A stretch of DNA of 57,515 bases from Thermotogota bacterium (GTDB lineage: Bacteria > Thermotogota > Thermotogae > Petrotogales > Kosmotogaceae), in NCBI GenBank assembly GCA_034660555.1, contig JAYEJL010000057.1:1-57515 (forward strand), in the 5' to 3' direction. Within the stretch, counting starts at the first letter, position 1. Each line of letters begins with the position of its first letter. Positions 39,411 to 49,875 of this stretch are shown piece after piece. A program made the translations under genes and the position numbers. The notes under the pieces were generated by a model. It saw only the letters and a list, made by a program, of their open reading frames with translations, was not told where the DNA came from and ran no database searches.

Positions 39411-40817
39411 TTGAAAGATAATTTGAAGGATTTAAGAAAACAGTTGATTCATTCAACAGAAAATGCGTGGTTCATGGTCGAGAAAAATGACGTGGAAGGG
39501 TTTACACAGAGCTATATGGACTTCCTTCAAAAGGCAAAAACCGAAAGGAATTCGATAGCTTTTTTTGAAAAACTTTTAAAATCAAAGGGTTTTATATCAC
39601 TGGACGATGCTGAATCTAAAAAGCAGTTAAAAACAGCAGAAGGCGTTTATTTTGTAAAATCATCAAAGGCCCTGGTTGCTTTCAAACTTAATTCATCACT
39701 GAAAAAAGGGTTTAAATTGTTAGCAGCTCATGTTGATTCTCCAAGGCTTGATTTGAAACCATTACCACTGCAGGAAAAAAGTGGTTATTTGTTGCTGAAA
39801 ACGCATTACTACGGTGGCATCAAAAAATATCACTGGCTAAATGTACCGCTTGAATTAACAGGTGTCATTTATGATAAAAACGGGAAGTTAATTGAGATTT
39901 CAATTGGGGGCGAGGAAGGTGACCCTGTATTTACAATAAGTGATCTTCTTCCCCATCTTGATGATCGAAAAGGCAGTGTGAATGAAGTATTTAAAGGGAA
40001 AGATCTCAATGCACTCAGTGCAACTATACCGCTTAATTCAGAGGAAAAGGATGCTAAAGATCTTGTCAAGTTGAATATTTTGAAGATGTTGAATGAAAAG
40101 TACGGGATCACCGAAGAGGATTTTATTAGTGCTGAACTTCAACTTGTTCCTATACATAAACCAAGAGAAGTTGGTTTTGACCGTTCAATGATAGGAGCCT
40201 ATGGTCAAGATGATAGAGTATGTTCTTATACAGCGATAAAAGCCCTTATCGATGCTGAGAAAGAAGATAGAAACATTGGCGTGCTATTGCTTGATAAAGA
40301 AGAGATTGGCAGTACAGGTACAACAGGAGCTAAGAGTTATTTCTGGTTAAATGCAATGTCTCGTCTTGCCGCATTGAATGGTAGCGAACAACCATATGAA
40401 GATACTTTAAAGGCGCTTGATAATTCTAAGATGCTTTCAGGAGATGTTTGTGCCGCAGTAAACCCGATGCATGAGAAGGTACACGATCTTACAAATGCTG
40501 CGAGACTGGGATACGGTGTTGTTCTGGTGAAATATACTGGTTATAAAGGAAAAGCGGGAACCAACGATGCCAGTGCGGAGATGATTGGCTCAGTAAGGAA
40601 TCTTTTAAATAAAAATAACATAAACTGGCAGACATCTTTACTAGGAGAAGTTGATCAGGGTGGTGGAGGAACAATTGCCAAGTTCTTTGCAGAAAGAGGT
40701 ATGGATGTGCTTGATGCAGGTACACCTGTACTGGGTATGCATTCCCCATTTGAAGTTTCGTCGAAGGTTGATGTTTTTGAAACGTATAGAGCGTATAAGG
40801 TTTTTCTTGAACAATGA
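39411..40817 (+). CDS. M18-family aminopeptidase
   Basis: AHVDSPRLDLKP, YYGGIKKY, QDDR, KEEIGS, GGGGTI, MHSP; TTG start after AAGGAGGT. Confidence 0.92.
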   Translation: MKDNLKDLRKQLIHSTENAWFMVEKNDVEGFTQSYMDFLQKAKTERNSIAFFEKLLKSKGFISLDDAESKKQLKTAEGVYFVKSSKALVAFKLNSSLKKGFKLLAAHVDSPRLDLKPLPLQEKSGYLLLKTHYYGGIKKYHWLNVPLELTGVIYDKNGKLIEISIGGEEGDPVFTISDLLPHLDDRKGSVNEVFKGKDLNALSATIPLNSEEKDAKDLVKLNILKMLNEKYGITEEDFISAELQLVPIHKPREVGFDRSMIGAYGQDDRVCSYTAIKALIDAEKEDRNIGVLLLDKEEIGSTGTTGAKSYFWLNAMSRLAALNGSEQPYEDTLKALDNSKMLSGDVCAAVNPMHEKVHDLTNAARLGYGVVLVKYTGYKGKAGTNDASAEMIGSVRNLLNKNNINWQTSLLGEVDQGGGGTIAKFFAERGMDVLDAGTPVLGMHSPFEVSSKVDVFETYRAYKVFLEQ

Positions 40818-41440
40818 GTTCTGTTGATTGCGAACCAAGAGCAATTGCTGAAAAAATAATTGAGCTTTTTCCAAGGTATCGTCACCATAAAGATCCATTC
40901 AGGATTCTGATAAGTACCATATTAAGTCAGCGAACAAGAGATGAAAATACGGAAATTGCGTTTAACAGTTTGTTTAACGTTTATAGAGATGCTGAAGAGC
41001 TGTCGAAAGCTAACCCCGAAGATCTTTACGAATTGATAAAGGCATCTGGCATGTATCGACAAAAATCTGCTAGAATCGTAGAGATAGCCAAAATCGTACA
41101 TAATAAGTTCAACAACAACGTACCCAATAGTTTAGAAGATCTCGTTTCATTACCGGGAGTTGGAAGAAAAACAGCAAATATAGTCCTTTTTGTTGGTTTT
41201 GGAATTCCGGCCATGGCAGTTGACACACATGTGCACAGAATAGCAAATAGAATCGGGTGGGTTAATACAAAGAAGCCTGACGATACAGAAGAGGAACTTG
41301 TTGCATTGATTCCCGAGGATCTTTGGGGACCCCTGAATGGTTCAATGGTGGAATATGGTAAAAGCATTTGCAAGCCACAGAATCCATTATGTGAAAAATG
41401 CTTAATTAGGCATTGTTGTCAATATTATCATTCACTTTAG
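40814..41440 (+). CDS. nth: Endonuclease III
   Basis: ILSQRT, HhH LPGVGRKTA, VDTHV, C-x6-C-x2-C-x5-C Fe-S motif. Confidence 0.95.
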   Translation: MSSVDCEPRAIAEKIIELFPRYRHHKDPFRILISTILSQRTRDENTEIAFNSLFNVYRDAEELSKANPEDLYELIKASGMYRQKSARIVEIAKIVHNKFNNNVPNSLEDLVSLPGVGRKTANIVLFVGFGIPAMAVDTHVHRIANRIGWVNTKKPDDTEEELVALIPEDLWGPLNGSMVEYGKSICKPQNPLCEKCLIRHCCQYYHSL

Positions 41441-43022
41441 AAGGATAAACGAAGATCTTTGTTGTTAGGCCAATGAAAGTAAATACAGTAACTATCAATA
41501 AAGCACTGAGGAATCGTGCTTCGGGTACGTATCTTGCAGAAATAAGTCTGTAAATAGCAACGGTAGCGGTTGGGAACTTTTCACCCCCAATTATTAATGA
41601 TGCTGCGAATTCGCCCATAGAAATGGCAAAAATAATCGCAAAAGTTGACAAAAATGCCTGTTTCATTAATGGTAAAATAATGTACCAGAAGCGTTGAAGT
41701 GCATTTGCTCCATCGATCATAGAAGCTTCCAGAGGAGTTTTATCAAATGAACTAATACTGGAATACATTATACCTATTGCTACTGGAAATGCAACCACAA
41801 GATAGGTAAAAAGTAGCTTTATTACTACTGGTATCATTCCATAAATAATACTATAACTCAGGGCCAGAATTGCCGGCGTTATAGAAATACTAATCAATGA
41901 GAGCAACCTGATAAAAAGGCTTGAATATCTGCTTTCACGAAGATTCCACGTTATAATGAAAAATAAAACTACCCCAATAAGAGCGGTAATAAGTGAAACC
42001 AGTATTGATCTAATGAAGGCACCTATTGGTGAAGTGTTAAGCATTTCCCACCGTGTAAAACTGAATACATTTTTGATTTTATCGAAGGTGAAGCTGTAAG
42101 TGGCAAAGTTATAGACGGAACCTGCAATTGCTGCGATAACTGGAAGACCTTCGAACAGAAGATAAATAATAGAATAAGTTCCAAGTGATTTTGAATGGGA
42201 ATAATATGGTTCACCAGCTTCGAATTTTGTTCTTTTCTCCACAAAGAAGAGAGCCAATCCAAAGGCAAAGATAAAAAGAAATTGAACAATTGCAAGTGCG
42301 AGAGCAATATCAGGACGTGCAAGCAATCTGAAGTACATGTATATGGCTACTTCCAGTGTTGCAAATTGTGAGCCTCCAAGAATGAGCACAACAGCAAAGG
42401 AAGTAAAGCAGTAAGAAAAAATTAGAATGAGTGACGCCACAATGGATGGCATAACAAGAGGCAATTCCAGTTTAAAAAATGATTTAACCCTAGTTGCGCC
42501 ATCGATATTCGTGGCTTCTATGAGCTCTTTAGGTATATTCTTCAATGAATCTCCTACAATTCTTACGACGATGGGTGAATTGTAAAAAACATGCCCCAGT
42601 ATAATGGCTCCAAATGAATAAAGGATACTAATTTCTGAAAAACCCAGTGCACGAGCTAAATTGTTTATTATTCCCTGTTTACCGTATAGCACCAAAAATC
42701 CAACGACCATGGAAATGCTTGATAAGAAAAAAGGTATAAATGTAATGTAGTTCAGAATCCGGGATAAAATACCCCTGGTTCTGGCAAAAAAAAATGCTGC
42801 GGGCAGACCAATCAAAAATGATAGTGCTGTACTTAACAATGATTGAAATAACGTAAACCTAAGGATCTTTATAACGGAAGGTTTGCTGAGTGAGTTTAAC
42901 AGATCTTCACCAGTAAAGGAACCAAAGGCTTTTGCAAGTGGAAATACAACCAGAGCGGTTATAAATATACCCGCAAAGACTAATGAAAATAATTGATTAG
43001 TAAATTGCTTCTTCCCATTCAT
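41406..43022 (-). CDS. thiP: Thiamine ABC transporter permease (ThiP/FbpB-like)
   Basis: Two EAA loops (LIEATNIDGA, LEASMIDGA), GHVFYN, SMGEF; downstream of thiB. Confidence 0.85.
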   Translation of the reverse strand: MNGKKQFTNQLFSLVFAGIFITALVVFPLAKAFGSFTGEDLLNSLSKPSVIKILRFTLFQSLLSTALSFLIGLPAAFFFARTRGILSRILNYITFIPFFLSSISMVVGFLVLYGKQGIINNLARALGFSEISILYSFGAIILGHVFYNSPIVVRIVGDSLKNIPKELIEATNIDGATRVKSFFKLELPLVMPSIVASLILIFSYCFTSFAVVLILGGSQFATLEVAIYMYFRLLARPDIALALAIVQFLFIFAFGLALFFVEKRTKFEAGEPYYSHSKSLGTYSIIYLLFEGLPVIAAIAGSVYNFATYSFTFDKIKNVFSFTRWEMLNTSPIGAFIRSILVSLITALIGVVLFFIITWNLRESRYSSLFIRLLSLISISITPAILALSYSIIYGMIPVVIKLLFTYLVVAFPVAIGIMYSSISSFDKTPLEASMIDGANALQRFWYIILPLMKQAFLSTFAIIFAISMGEFAASLIIGGEKFPTATVAIYRLISARYVPEARFLSALLIVTVFTFIGLTTKIFVYPSKVNDNIDNNA

Positions 43023-43977
43023 TAATAAGAGCTTCGATGTTTAAATTTGCTGGTGCTTTCAATATTTCTTCAGGTTTAACAGCGTAATTAAATACCTTAG
43101 GTAATTCAACGTTGGTAACGGGGAACATCCATTGAGTAAGAGAAATATGTTTCTGAAAATCATCGGACAGCATGTATTCTATGAATTTTTTTGCCTTTTC
43201 CTTTCGATTACTCCATCTTATAATTCCCGCTCCTTCAATTTGCGCATAACCTTTTCCTCCGGGTATCAGTACTTCATATTTTGCCTCATTGTAGTTGTAC
43301 ATGGAGTAAGCTTTATCCGTTGCATAACTTACCATCATAGGTGCTTCTTGAGCTTCGAATTTTTCAAAGGCATCCCCCCAACCAAGGGTAATAGTAAGTA
43401 TGGAATCTTTAAATTCCTTCCAGAAATTACCAAAATCATCTTCGTGTAGTAAATAAGTCCATGTAAGGAATGCCAGCCCCGTGCTTGAAGTTCGTGGGTC
43501 CTGCGTGATAATAGATTGGTTGAATTCTTCTCTAGTAAGGTCATTAAAACTTTTTACATGGAAAGTATCAAAACTTTCAGGATCATAGATTAACGCAATT
43601 GCTCCATAATCATATGGAATTAATCTCCAGAAAGGATCAAAAATCAATGACGTATTAGTGATTTTTTCAGCGTTGGGTGGTAAGTAACCTATGAAAAGTT
43701 CCTCTTCGAAAGCCCTTTGTGCGAGAACATTGTCAATTCCAATTACTATATCAACATCAAGTTCTTCTTTTTGCGATATGATTCTGGATAACATAGATCC
43801 TGCATCTCCAATAGCATGTAGTTCAATTTCGACATTCTCCTTTTCTTCAAAAGCTTGAAATGCCTCGTTGGCCAAAGGCAACAAACTGTCATAAGTGTAA
43901 ATAACAAGTTTTTCCTGCCCCGCTGCCATTGCTGTAATAAGTGTTAAAATAAAAAACAGAATTACTTTTAATTTCGT
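42997..43977 (-). CDS. thiB: Thiamine ABC transporter substrate-binding protein
   Basis: LVIYTYDS, PYDYG, DPRTSSTG, VSYAT, QIEGA, QWMFPV; signal peptide; apparent start codon is ACG. Confidence 0.88.
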   Translation of the reverse strand, partial: TKLKVILFFILTLITAMAAGQEKLVIYTYDSLLPLANEAFQAFEEKENVEIELHAIGDAGSMLSRIISQKEELDVDIVIGIDNVLAQRAFEEELFIGYLPPNAEKITNTSLIFDPFWRLIPYDYGAIALIYDPESFDTFHVKSFNDLTREEFNQSIITQDPRTSSTGLAFLTWTYLLHEDDFGNFWKEFKDSILTITLGWGDAFEKFEAQEAPMMVSYATDKAYSMYNYNEAKYEVLIPGGKGYAQIEGAGIIRWSNRKEKAKKFIEYMLSDDFQKHISLTQWMFPVTNVELPKVFNYAVKPEEILKAPANLNIEALINEWEEAIY

Positions 43978-43993
43978 AATATCACCTCCCAAT

Positions 43994-44020
43994 AAAAAAT
44001 GCCGTCCAGAAGAACGGCAT
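43994..44020 (-). terminator. Riboswitch expression-platform terminator
   Basis: ATGCCGT-tcttctgg-ACGGCAT followed by T-tract between the aptamer and the thiB SD. Confidence 0.85.
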
Positions 44021-44026
44021 CACTCA

Positions 44027-44110
44027 TACCTTCCTTCGTCGGTATTACCCGAATCAGGTTCTTAGAGTCTGCGCCGCACGCACTCTCAGCCTTAAAAGGC
44101 TCCCCTGGTA
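44027..44110 (-). ncRNA. TPP (THI-box) riboswitch
   Basis: TACCAGGGGAGCC…GGCTGAGA…GAACCTGAT-TCGGGTAATACCGA-CGAAGGAAGGTA; promoter TGtTATAAT at 44116-44124. Confidence 0.95.
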
Positions 44111-44184
44111 AATTGATTATAACACAGGAAAAGATATTTAAACAGTGATAAAATTTAAATAGCAAAGAAGTAAGGGAGTAATGA

Positions 44185-47100
44185 TTGTTTGTGAAGCATT
44201 TAATACTGACAAATGACGAAAATGGATGGTTAGTCAAACACATTGACAGTTTTGAAAAGACAAGCGTTGTAATATTTCCTGATGAAAGGTTTCTCAACCG
44301 TTTCATAAAATCAAAGAATTTAAGTGATGAAGAAAGGGGATTTCCTTCCCATGATGTCTTTCCCTTCGAAGAAATTGGAATATCCGAGAGAGTTAGACGC
44401 TATAGGATGGAAACACTGAACAATATTGTACATGGAAATGTTAGGATTATCTATACCAGCCTTCATGGGCTTTTGAGAAAAACAATACCCAGGAAAGTTT
44501 TCGAAGAGCAAAGTGTTTTCCTTAAGAAAAATGGAACAATAGATTTGACTCCGGAGCGATTTGTTGAAATTGGTTATGAAAGAGTGTTTACTGTTAATGA
44601 ACCGGGTATGTTTTCCATAAAGGGTGAAGTATTCGACATTTACGTGCCTGGCAACAAATATCCTTTCAGAATAGATATTTTTGATAAAAATATTGAAAGT
44701 ATCAAAGTCTTCAATCCTCAAACTCAAAGGAGTATAGAAACAAAAAACGAAGCAGTAATAACTCCCGCTTCTGAAGCTATTTTTAGAGAAAGCAACAGAT
44801 CAAAGCTTCTGGAAAGTGTAAAGAAGATAGAAGAACGTACGGGTTCCCCCTTACCTTATGAGTTTGGGGACCAAAAAATATTTGAAACCATTTCCGGTGT
44901 TTTTTACGAATATCAATCGTACCTTCTCGATTACCTGAGTGATTTAAATCTGTACCTTATAAAGCCTGATGAAGCCTTTGATGAGTTTCAAAGAGTGGAG
45001 AGAGAAGTGCTGGAATACTTGAAGGAAAACAGTACAGCCTCAGTCCTCTATAAACGATTCAGCGGTGTTTCTCCTGAGAATCTATTCTCTTATAAGAATT
45101 ACTGTATTGTTTCATCAGATGAACCTGAATATTTGACGTGGGACACGAAAGAAAAAGAAATGGTTAAGGCTAAAAAGGTAAAAAAAACAAAAGAAAAAGA
45201 ACATATACCAAGAGTTCCCATTGTTGATTGGACAGAGTTAGATGTAAATGATTATGTGGTTCACAGAGAATATGGCATTGGTAGATTTCTCGGTGTTAAA
45301 AGGATAACCAATCTTCTTGGAACAAGAGAGTATCTAACTATTGAGTACAAAAACAATACAAAGATTTATGTGCCTGTTGAAAGAGTCGACAGGGTTCACA
45401 AATATGTGGGACCTGAAGAAGGTATCCAGCTAAATTCTTTACGAAGTAACTTATGGATGAGACAGAAAAAGAAGGTTGAGAAAGATTTAAAAAAGAGAAT
45501 AAGAGAACTGGCGATGCTTTATGCTCAAAGGGAGAGGGTGAAAGGGTGTCAGTTGAACGGTGATTCAGAAATGGAAAAAGCATTTGAAGACAGTTTTCCC
45601 CATGTTGAAACAGAGGACCAGATAAAAGTAATAAATGAAGTTCTTGAAGATTTATCCGATGAAATGCCTATGGATAGGCTGGTCAGCGGCGACGCAGGAT
45701 TTGGAAAGACGGAAATCGCTTTGAGGGCAGCTTTTAGGGCTGTAATTTCAGGGAAGCAGGTGGCGTTGCTTGTACCTACAACAGTTCTCGCTTCTCAGCA
45801 TTTTGAAACCTTCAAAGAACGTATGGGACCCTTTGGGATTAAGGTGGATATCCTTGATCGATATCGTACAATAAAGGAAAGAGATCAAGTAATTGATGGT
45901 ATTAAGAAAGGTGATCTAGATGTATTGATCGGAACGCACAGCCTTCTGTCTCCAAAATTGTCTTATGCGGATCTTGGACTTGTTATTATTGATGAAGAGC
46001 AACTTTTTGGAGTTATGCAAAAGGAATATTTTAAGAAACTCAGACTATCCATAAATGTTCAATCAATGAGTGCTACACCTATACCAAGAACACTATACAT
46101 GGCTCTGTCTGGCTTACGGGAGCTATCAGTTATTTCGACTCCTCCTTACGGGCGGAGAGAGATTGAAACTTATGTCGGACAGTTCAGAAGTAGGCTGGTA
46201 AGAACTGCTGTTCTAAGGGAAATCAATAGAGGCGGTCAAATTATATATGTTCACAATCGTGTGGAAGAGCTTGATGAACGTGAGAAAATGCTTAAAGAAC
46301 TTGTTCCTGAGGCAAAAATTGGTGTTGCTCATGGAAAAATGCAGAAGAAACTTTTTGAGGATAATGTGAAGGCCTTTTACAGTGGAGATATAGATTTATT
46401 GCTTTGCACGACTATAATTGAAAGTGGTGTGGATATTCCCAATGCCAATACGCTGGTTGTTGATGACTCCCAACGTTATGGACTTGCCCAGCTCTATCAG
46501 TTGAGAGGCAGAGTTGGCAGAAGTGATAGAAGAGCGTTCTCTTACTTTCTGTATGATAAGAAGAGTATGACACCACAAGCCAGGGAACGTTTGAAGGCAA
46601 TCAATGAATTCACCGGTGCCGGTAGTGGGATGAAATTGTCTATGAAAGATATGGAGATAAGAGGTTTTGGAGCTTTACTGGGAGATGAGCAGCATGGGAA
46701 TATTTCAACGGTGGGCCTGTGTATGTACAACGAAATGCTTCAAAAAGCGGTAGCAGAAATGAAAGGCAAGGAAGAAAAGAAGAGAGAAAAAGAGAAGGTT
46801 ATTGATACTGAATTACGTAATATCCCATATCATATGGTTATTCCTGAAGACTATATAGCCAATTCCATCGAGCGCCTTAAGATTTATAGAAGAATAGCAA
46901 CCGCTGAAAATGTTGATGTTATTGACAGTATTGAAAATGAGCTTAGAGATAGATTTGGAACACTGCCAGAGCATGCAAAATCCCTTTTAAGGGTGTCGCG
47001 TATTAGGATTGGAGCCTATAATAGAGGAGTGGGCATAATAGATTATAATTCAGAATCTCAAATGTTGAATATATATTTCAAGGATAAAAAAATAGATAGA

Positions 47101-47223
47101 AGACTTTTCAAAAGATTTAAGGCTGTCGTAAATGAAAATGAATCGAGGGTTTTTGTTTATTCTGTATATAGAAGTAGAGTGATGAACACTTTGGAACGTA
47201 TGTTTGTAGGTGAAAAAATATGA
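44185..47223 (+). CDS. mfd: Transcription-repair coupling factor
   Basis: VVHREYGIG (CarD-like), GDAGFGKTE, DEEQ, SATPIPRT, QLRGRVGR, TRCF C-terminus. Confidence 0.95.
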   Translation: MFVKHLILTNDENGWLVKHIDSFEKTSVVIFPDERFLNRFIKSKNLSDEERGFPSHDVFPFEEIGISERVRRYRMETLNNIVHGNVRIIYTSLHGLLRKTIPRKVFEEQSVFLKKNGTIDLTPERFVEIGYERVFTVNEPGMFSIKGEVFDIYVPGNKYPFRIDIFDKNIESIKVFNPQTQRSIETKNEAVITPASEAIFRESNRSKLLESVKKIEERTGSPLPYEFGDQKIFETISGVFYEYQSYLLDYLSDLNLYLIKPDEAFDEFQRVEREVLEYLKENSTASVLYKRFSGVSPENLFSYKNYCIVSSDEPEYLTWDTKEKEMVKAKKVKKTKEKEHIPRVPIVDWTELDVNDYVVHREYGIGRFLGVKRITNLLGTREYLTIEYKNNTKIYVPVERVDRVHKYVGPEEGIQLNSLRSNLWMRQKKKVEKDLKKRIRELAMLYAQRERVKGCQLNGDSEMEKAFEDSFPHVETEDQIKVINEVLEDLSDEMPMDRLVSGDAGFGKTEIALRAAFRAVISGKQVALLVPTTVLASQHFETFKERMGPFGIKVDILDRYRTIKERDQVIDGIKKGDLDVLIGTHSLLSPKLSYADLGLVIIDEEQLFGVMQKEYFKKLRLSINVQSMSATPIPRTLYMALSGLRELSVISTPPYGRREIETYVGQFRSRLVRTAVLREINRGGQIIYVHNRVEELDEREKMLKELVPEAKIGVAHGKMQKKLFEDNVKAFYSGDIDLLLCTTIIESGVDIPNANTLVVDDSQRYGLAQLYQLRGRVGRSDRRAFSYFLYDKKSMTPQARERLKAINEFTGAGSGMKLSMKDMEIRGFGALLGDEQHGNISTVGLCMYNEMLQKAVAEMKGKEEKKREKEKVIDTELRNIPYHMVIPEDYIANSIERLKIYRRIATAENVDVIDSIENELRDRFGTLPEHAKSLLRVSRIRIGAYNRGVGIIDYNSESQMLNIYFKDKKIDRRLFKRFKAVVNENESRVFVYSVYRSRVMNTLERMFVGEKI

Positions 47224-48545
47224 TATATGAACCAATCTGTGCGATAGCTACATATCCAGCCATATCTGCAATAGGAATTATCAGGTGCAGTGGTGAGAAA
47301 AGCTGGGATCTCGTGCGAAAATTTGTTTCTCTTAATGGAGAGCCAGTTCCAAGGAAAATGTATTTGAGGGAATTCACCGAAAACAAAGAAATACTGGACG
47401 AAATAAACTGTGTATTCTATAAATCACCACAATCTTACACTGGAGAAAATATGGCTGAGCTTTTTTTTCATGGCAGTCCTGTTGTTTTGAAATTGGCCTT
47501 TGAGAAATTAATAAGTACGGGTTTCAGAGAAGCCGAACCAGGGGAGTTCACTAAAAGAGCTGTTATGAACGGGAAAATGGATCTGCTTAAGGCTGAATCG
47601 ATAGAATCGATTGTTAATGCTCATACAAAAGAGGCTCTTAAGGCTGCAATTTCATCATATAAAGGAGGTTTAAGCAGAGCAATAGGTCGTATCAGAAATA
47701 AAATGATGAATTTGCTTGCAGAAGTAGAAGTAGTATTGAATTATCCTGATGAAATGGATGTCTCGAGAGAAAAAATAGACGATGGACTTACGAAAATTAT
47801 TAAAAACATGGAAAATTTATTGGAGCATGGAAGTAATGGAATAATCCTTACTCATGGAGTTAAGACTGTAATAGCTGGGAGGACTAATGTTGGTAAGTCG
47901 ACTCTGCTAAATGCTTTACTGCGAAGGGACAGAGCAATAGTAACTGATGTTCCCGGCACAACAAGAGACACAATTGAAGAAGGTCTTAGCATTTCAGGTG
48001 TATACTTCAGAATAATTGATACAGCCGGTATTCGCCCTTCTTCTGACACTGTGGAAAAACTTGGTATAGACAGGAGTCTGAAGGAGCTGGAACAGGCTGA
48101 TCTTGTTTTGTTCATGATGGATTTAACATCACCTAAAGAAGATCTGGAGCTATATAAGCATTATAAGAAGCTGTTTCACAATGTCATAATAGTCGGTAAC
48201 AAAAAGGATAAGGTTAAAGATATTCCTGAATATGTGGATGTTTCTGTTAGTGCTTTGAAAGGGAATGGACTGCAAAATCTTGAGAAAGCCATGCTAAAGA
48301 TAACCGAACGCTTAAGAAGGACCCATCATGGTGAGTTATTTGTGACTGAGAGACAGAGGGGATCGGTAAAAAAAGCACTGGAACTTCTTGTGGAAACAAA
48401 GAAAGCGCTGGATGAAGGAATAACAATTGATATTATTTCCTCCCATATCAATCAGTCTATCAGAATAATTGATGAGCTTACCGGAGCCAGCGTTCAAGAT
48501 GATATAATGAAGGCGATTTTTAGTAATTTTTGTGTTGGGAAGTAG
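47220..48545 (+). CDS. mnmE: tRNA modification GTPase
   Basis: SYTGE, GEFTKRA, GRTNVGKS, GTTRD, DTAG, FSNFCVGK. Confidence 0.97.
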   Translation: MIYEPICAIATYPAISAIGIIRCSGEKSWDLVRKFVSLNGEPVPRKMYLREFTENKEILDEINCVFYKSPQSYTGENMAELFFHGSPVVLKLAFEKLISTGFREAEPGEFTKRAVMNGKMDLLKAESIESIVNAHTKEALKAAISSYKGGLSRAIGRIRNKMMNLLAEVEVVLNYPDEMDVSREKIDDGLTKIIKNMENLLEHGSNGIILTHGVKTVIAGRTNVGKSTLLNALLRRDRAIVTDVPGTTRDTIEEGLSISGVYFRIIDTAGIRPSSDTVEKLGIDRSLKELEQADLVLFMMDLTSPKEDLELYKHYKKLFHNVIIVGNKKDKVKDIPEYVDVSVSALKGNGLQNLEKAMLKITERLRRTHHGELFVTERQRGSVKKALELLVETKKALDEGITIDIISSHINQSIRIIDELTGASVQDDIMKAIFSNFCVGK

Positions 48546-48550
48546 ATAAT

Positions 48551-49246
48551 ATGACATTTGGTATTCTCCTTATCGCGTTATTGACAAGATTTTTCTTGAG
48601 TCCTTTATTCTATTTCATCGTTGCTGTGGGAATGTGCATACTCTTCGTTGTGTATAGAAGGAACGCTTCCTACAATCTGCTTAAGCTTGCCCCAATTCTA
48701 TTTATTGTAATGGAAGCCATTGCAATATTTATGGGGATGGGAAGCGGAGGTTTTATTTTTGGCACAGTGGTTTGCATAATTACACTTCTTCTGGGAATGG
48801 GCGAAGAAAGAAAGAAGCAGTTGTTTATTGAAGAGATTGGATACAATGACAAAGAAACAAGAAAAAGTGTTAAAACGCTTCAGTACACCTTTGGAGAAAT
48901 AGAATATGTAGAAAAGGTTAAAATGAGTGAAAGTCAGGTTCTTTTAACTAATGAGAAAATGTATTTTTCAGTTAACATACCAAGAAACAAGGATAGGGTA
49001 ATTATTGATTTGCCCTATGGTGATATTCAGGATGTCTACATAAAAGAGACTGTAACAACCAATAAGCTTTATTTTCCCAGGATGAGAGAAATGTTCATTC
49101 CAATCAGAAATGTCAGAAATATTGGGAAACCAGAGATTAGAGATTACTTCATGGTCATAAATACTTCAGATAATAATTACACCTTTTATGAAGAAGCAGC
49201 TGTGATCCTTGAATTTCAAGAGAAACTTCAGACACTTATAAGCTAG
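48551..49246 (+). CDS. Hypothetical membrane protein (3-4 N-terminal TMs, soluble beta-rich C-terminal domain)
   Basis: Hydrophobic first ~85 aa; ATG 5 nt after the mnmE stop. Confidence 0.7.
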   Translation: MTFGILLIALLTRFFLSPLFYFIVAVGMCILFVVYRRNASYNLLKLAPILFIVMEAIAIFMGMGSGGFIFGTVVCIITLLLGMGEERKKQLFIEEIGYNDKETRKSVKTLQYTFGEIEYVEKVKMSESQVLLTNEKMYFSVNIPRNKDRVIIDLPYGDIQDVYIKETVTTNKLYFPRMREMFIPIRNVRNIGKPEIRDYFMVINTSDNNYTFYEEAAVILEFQEKLQTLIS

Positions 49247-49251
49247 TTTAT

Positions 49252-49278
49252 AAAAAACCCGGGTTGGTTAACCCGGGT
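49252..49278 (-). terminator. Intrinsic terminator between convergent operons
   Basis: ACCCGGGTT-ggtt-AACCCGGGT with A6 on the left (U-tract for the minus strand). Confidence 0.8.
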
Positions 49279-49332
49279 ATAAGATTTCACAATTCATAAA
49301 TGATTTTTTATTGTATGCGCGAAAAATACTTA

Positions 49333-49875
49333 TTAATTTCTTACAGCTTCCATTCCAGCTTTAACAGCCTTTGTATTCATATCGATCAGCTTTGCCTTTT
49401 TACCGGTAAGCTTTCTCTCAAAAGCCTTCTCAATGCTTTCCATGGATATGAGACCTGTTTTTTCAACGTAGGCTCCCAGTACAACCATATTAGCAACCCT
49501 CAGGTTTCCAATCTCCTCAGCTATTTTATTTGCATCGATCTTTGCAACCTGAATATCTTTACGTGAGGGTTCTCTATCAACAACAGATGAGTTGATTATG
49601 AGTAGCCCCTCTGGAGAGAGCTTTTCTTCAAATTTAAGCAGTGATGGAATATTCATAGCGATAACAGAGGTTGGTGTATCTGCTATTGGTGAACCTATCA
49701 TTTCTTCGCTGATAACAACGGTACAGTTAGCCGTTCCACCGCGCATCTCGGGCCCGTAAGAGGGTAACCATGTACTATGTTTATCTTCTATCATGGCTGC
49801 GGTGGCGAGTACCTGTCCCATTAACATTACTCCCTGTCCGCCAAAACCTGCGATGATAAGTATGTTCTCTTTCAC
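49333..49875 (-). CDS. 2-oxoacid:ferredoxin oxidoreductase gamma subunit
   Basis: [25 protein letters not shown]. Confidence 0.92.
   Translation of the reverse strand: MKENILIIAGFGGQGVMLMGQVLATAAMIEDKHSTWLPSYGPEMRGGTANCTVVISEEMIGSPIADTPTSVIAMNIPSLLKFEEKLSPEGLLIINSSVVDREPSRKDIQVAKIDANKIAEEIGNLRVANMVVLGAYVEKTGLISMESIEKAFERKLTGKKAKLIDMNTKAVKAGMEAVRN

Noticed and set aside
42786..42794. A9 homopolymer in thiP (also A8 at the start of the DciA gene) as phase-variation sites
   Set aside because: Both genes are in frame and A/T runs are common at this base composition
43968..44306. 112-aa minus-strand ORF
   Set aside because: Overlaps the TPP riboswitch, its promoter and the mfd start
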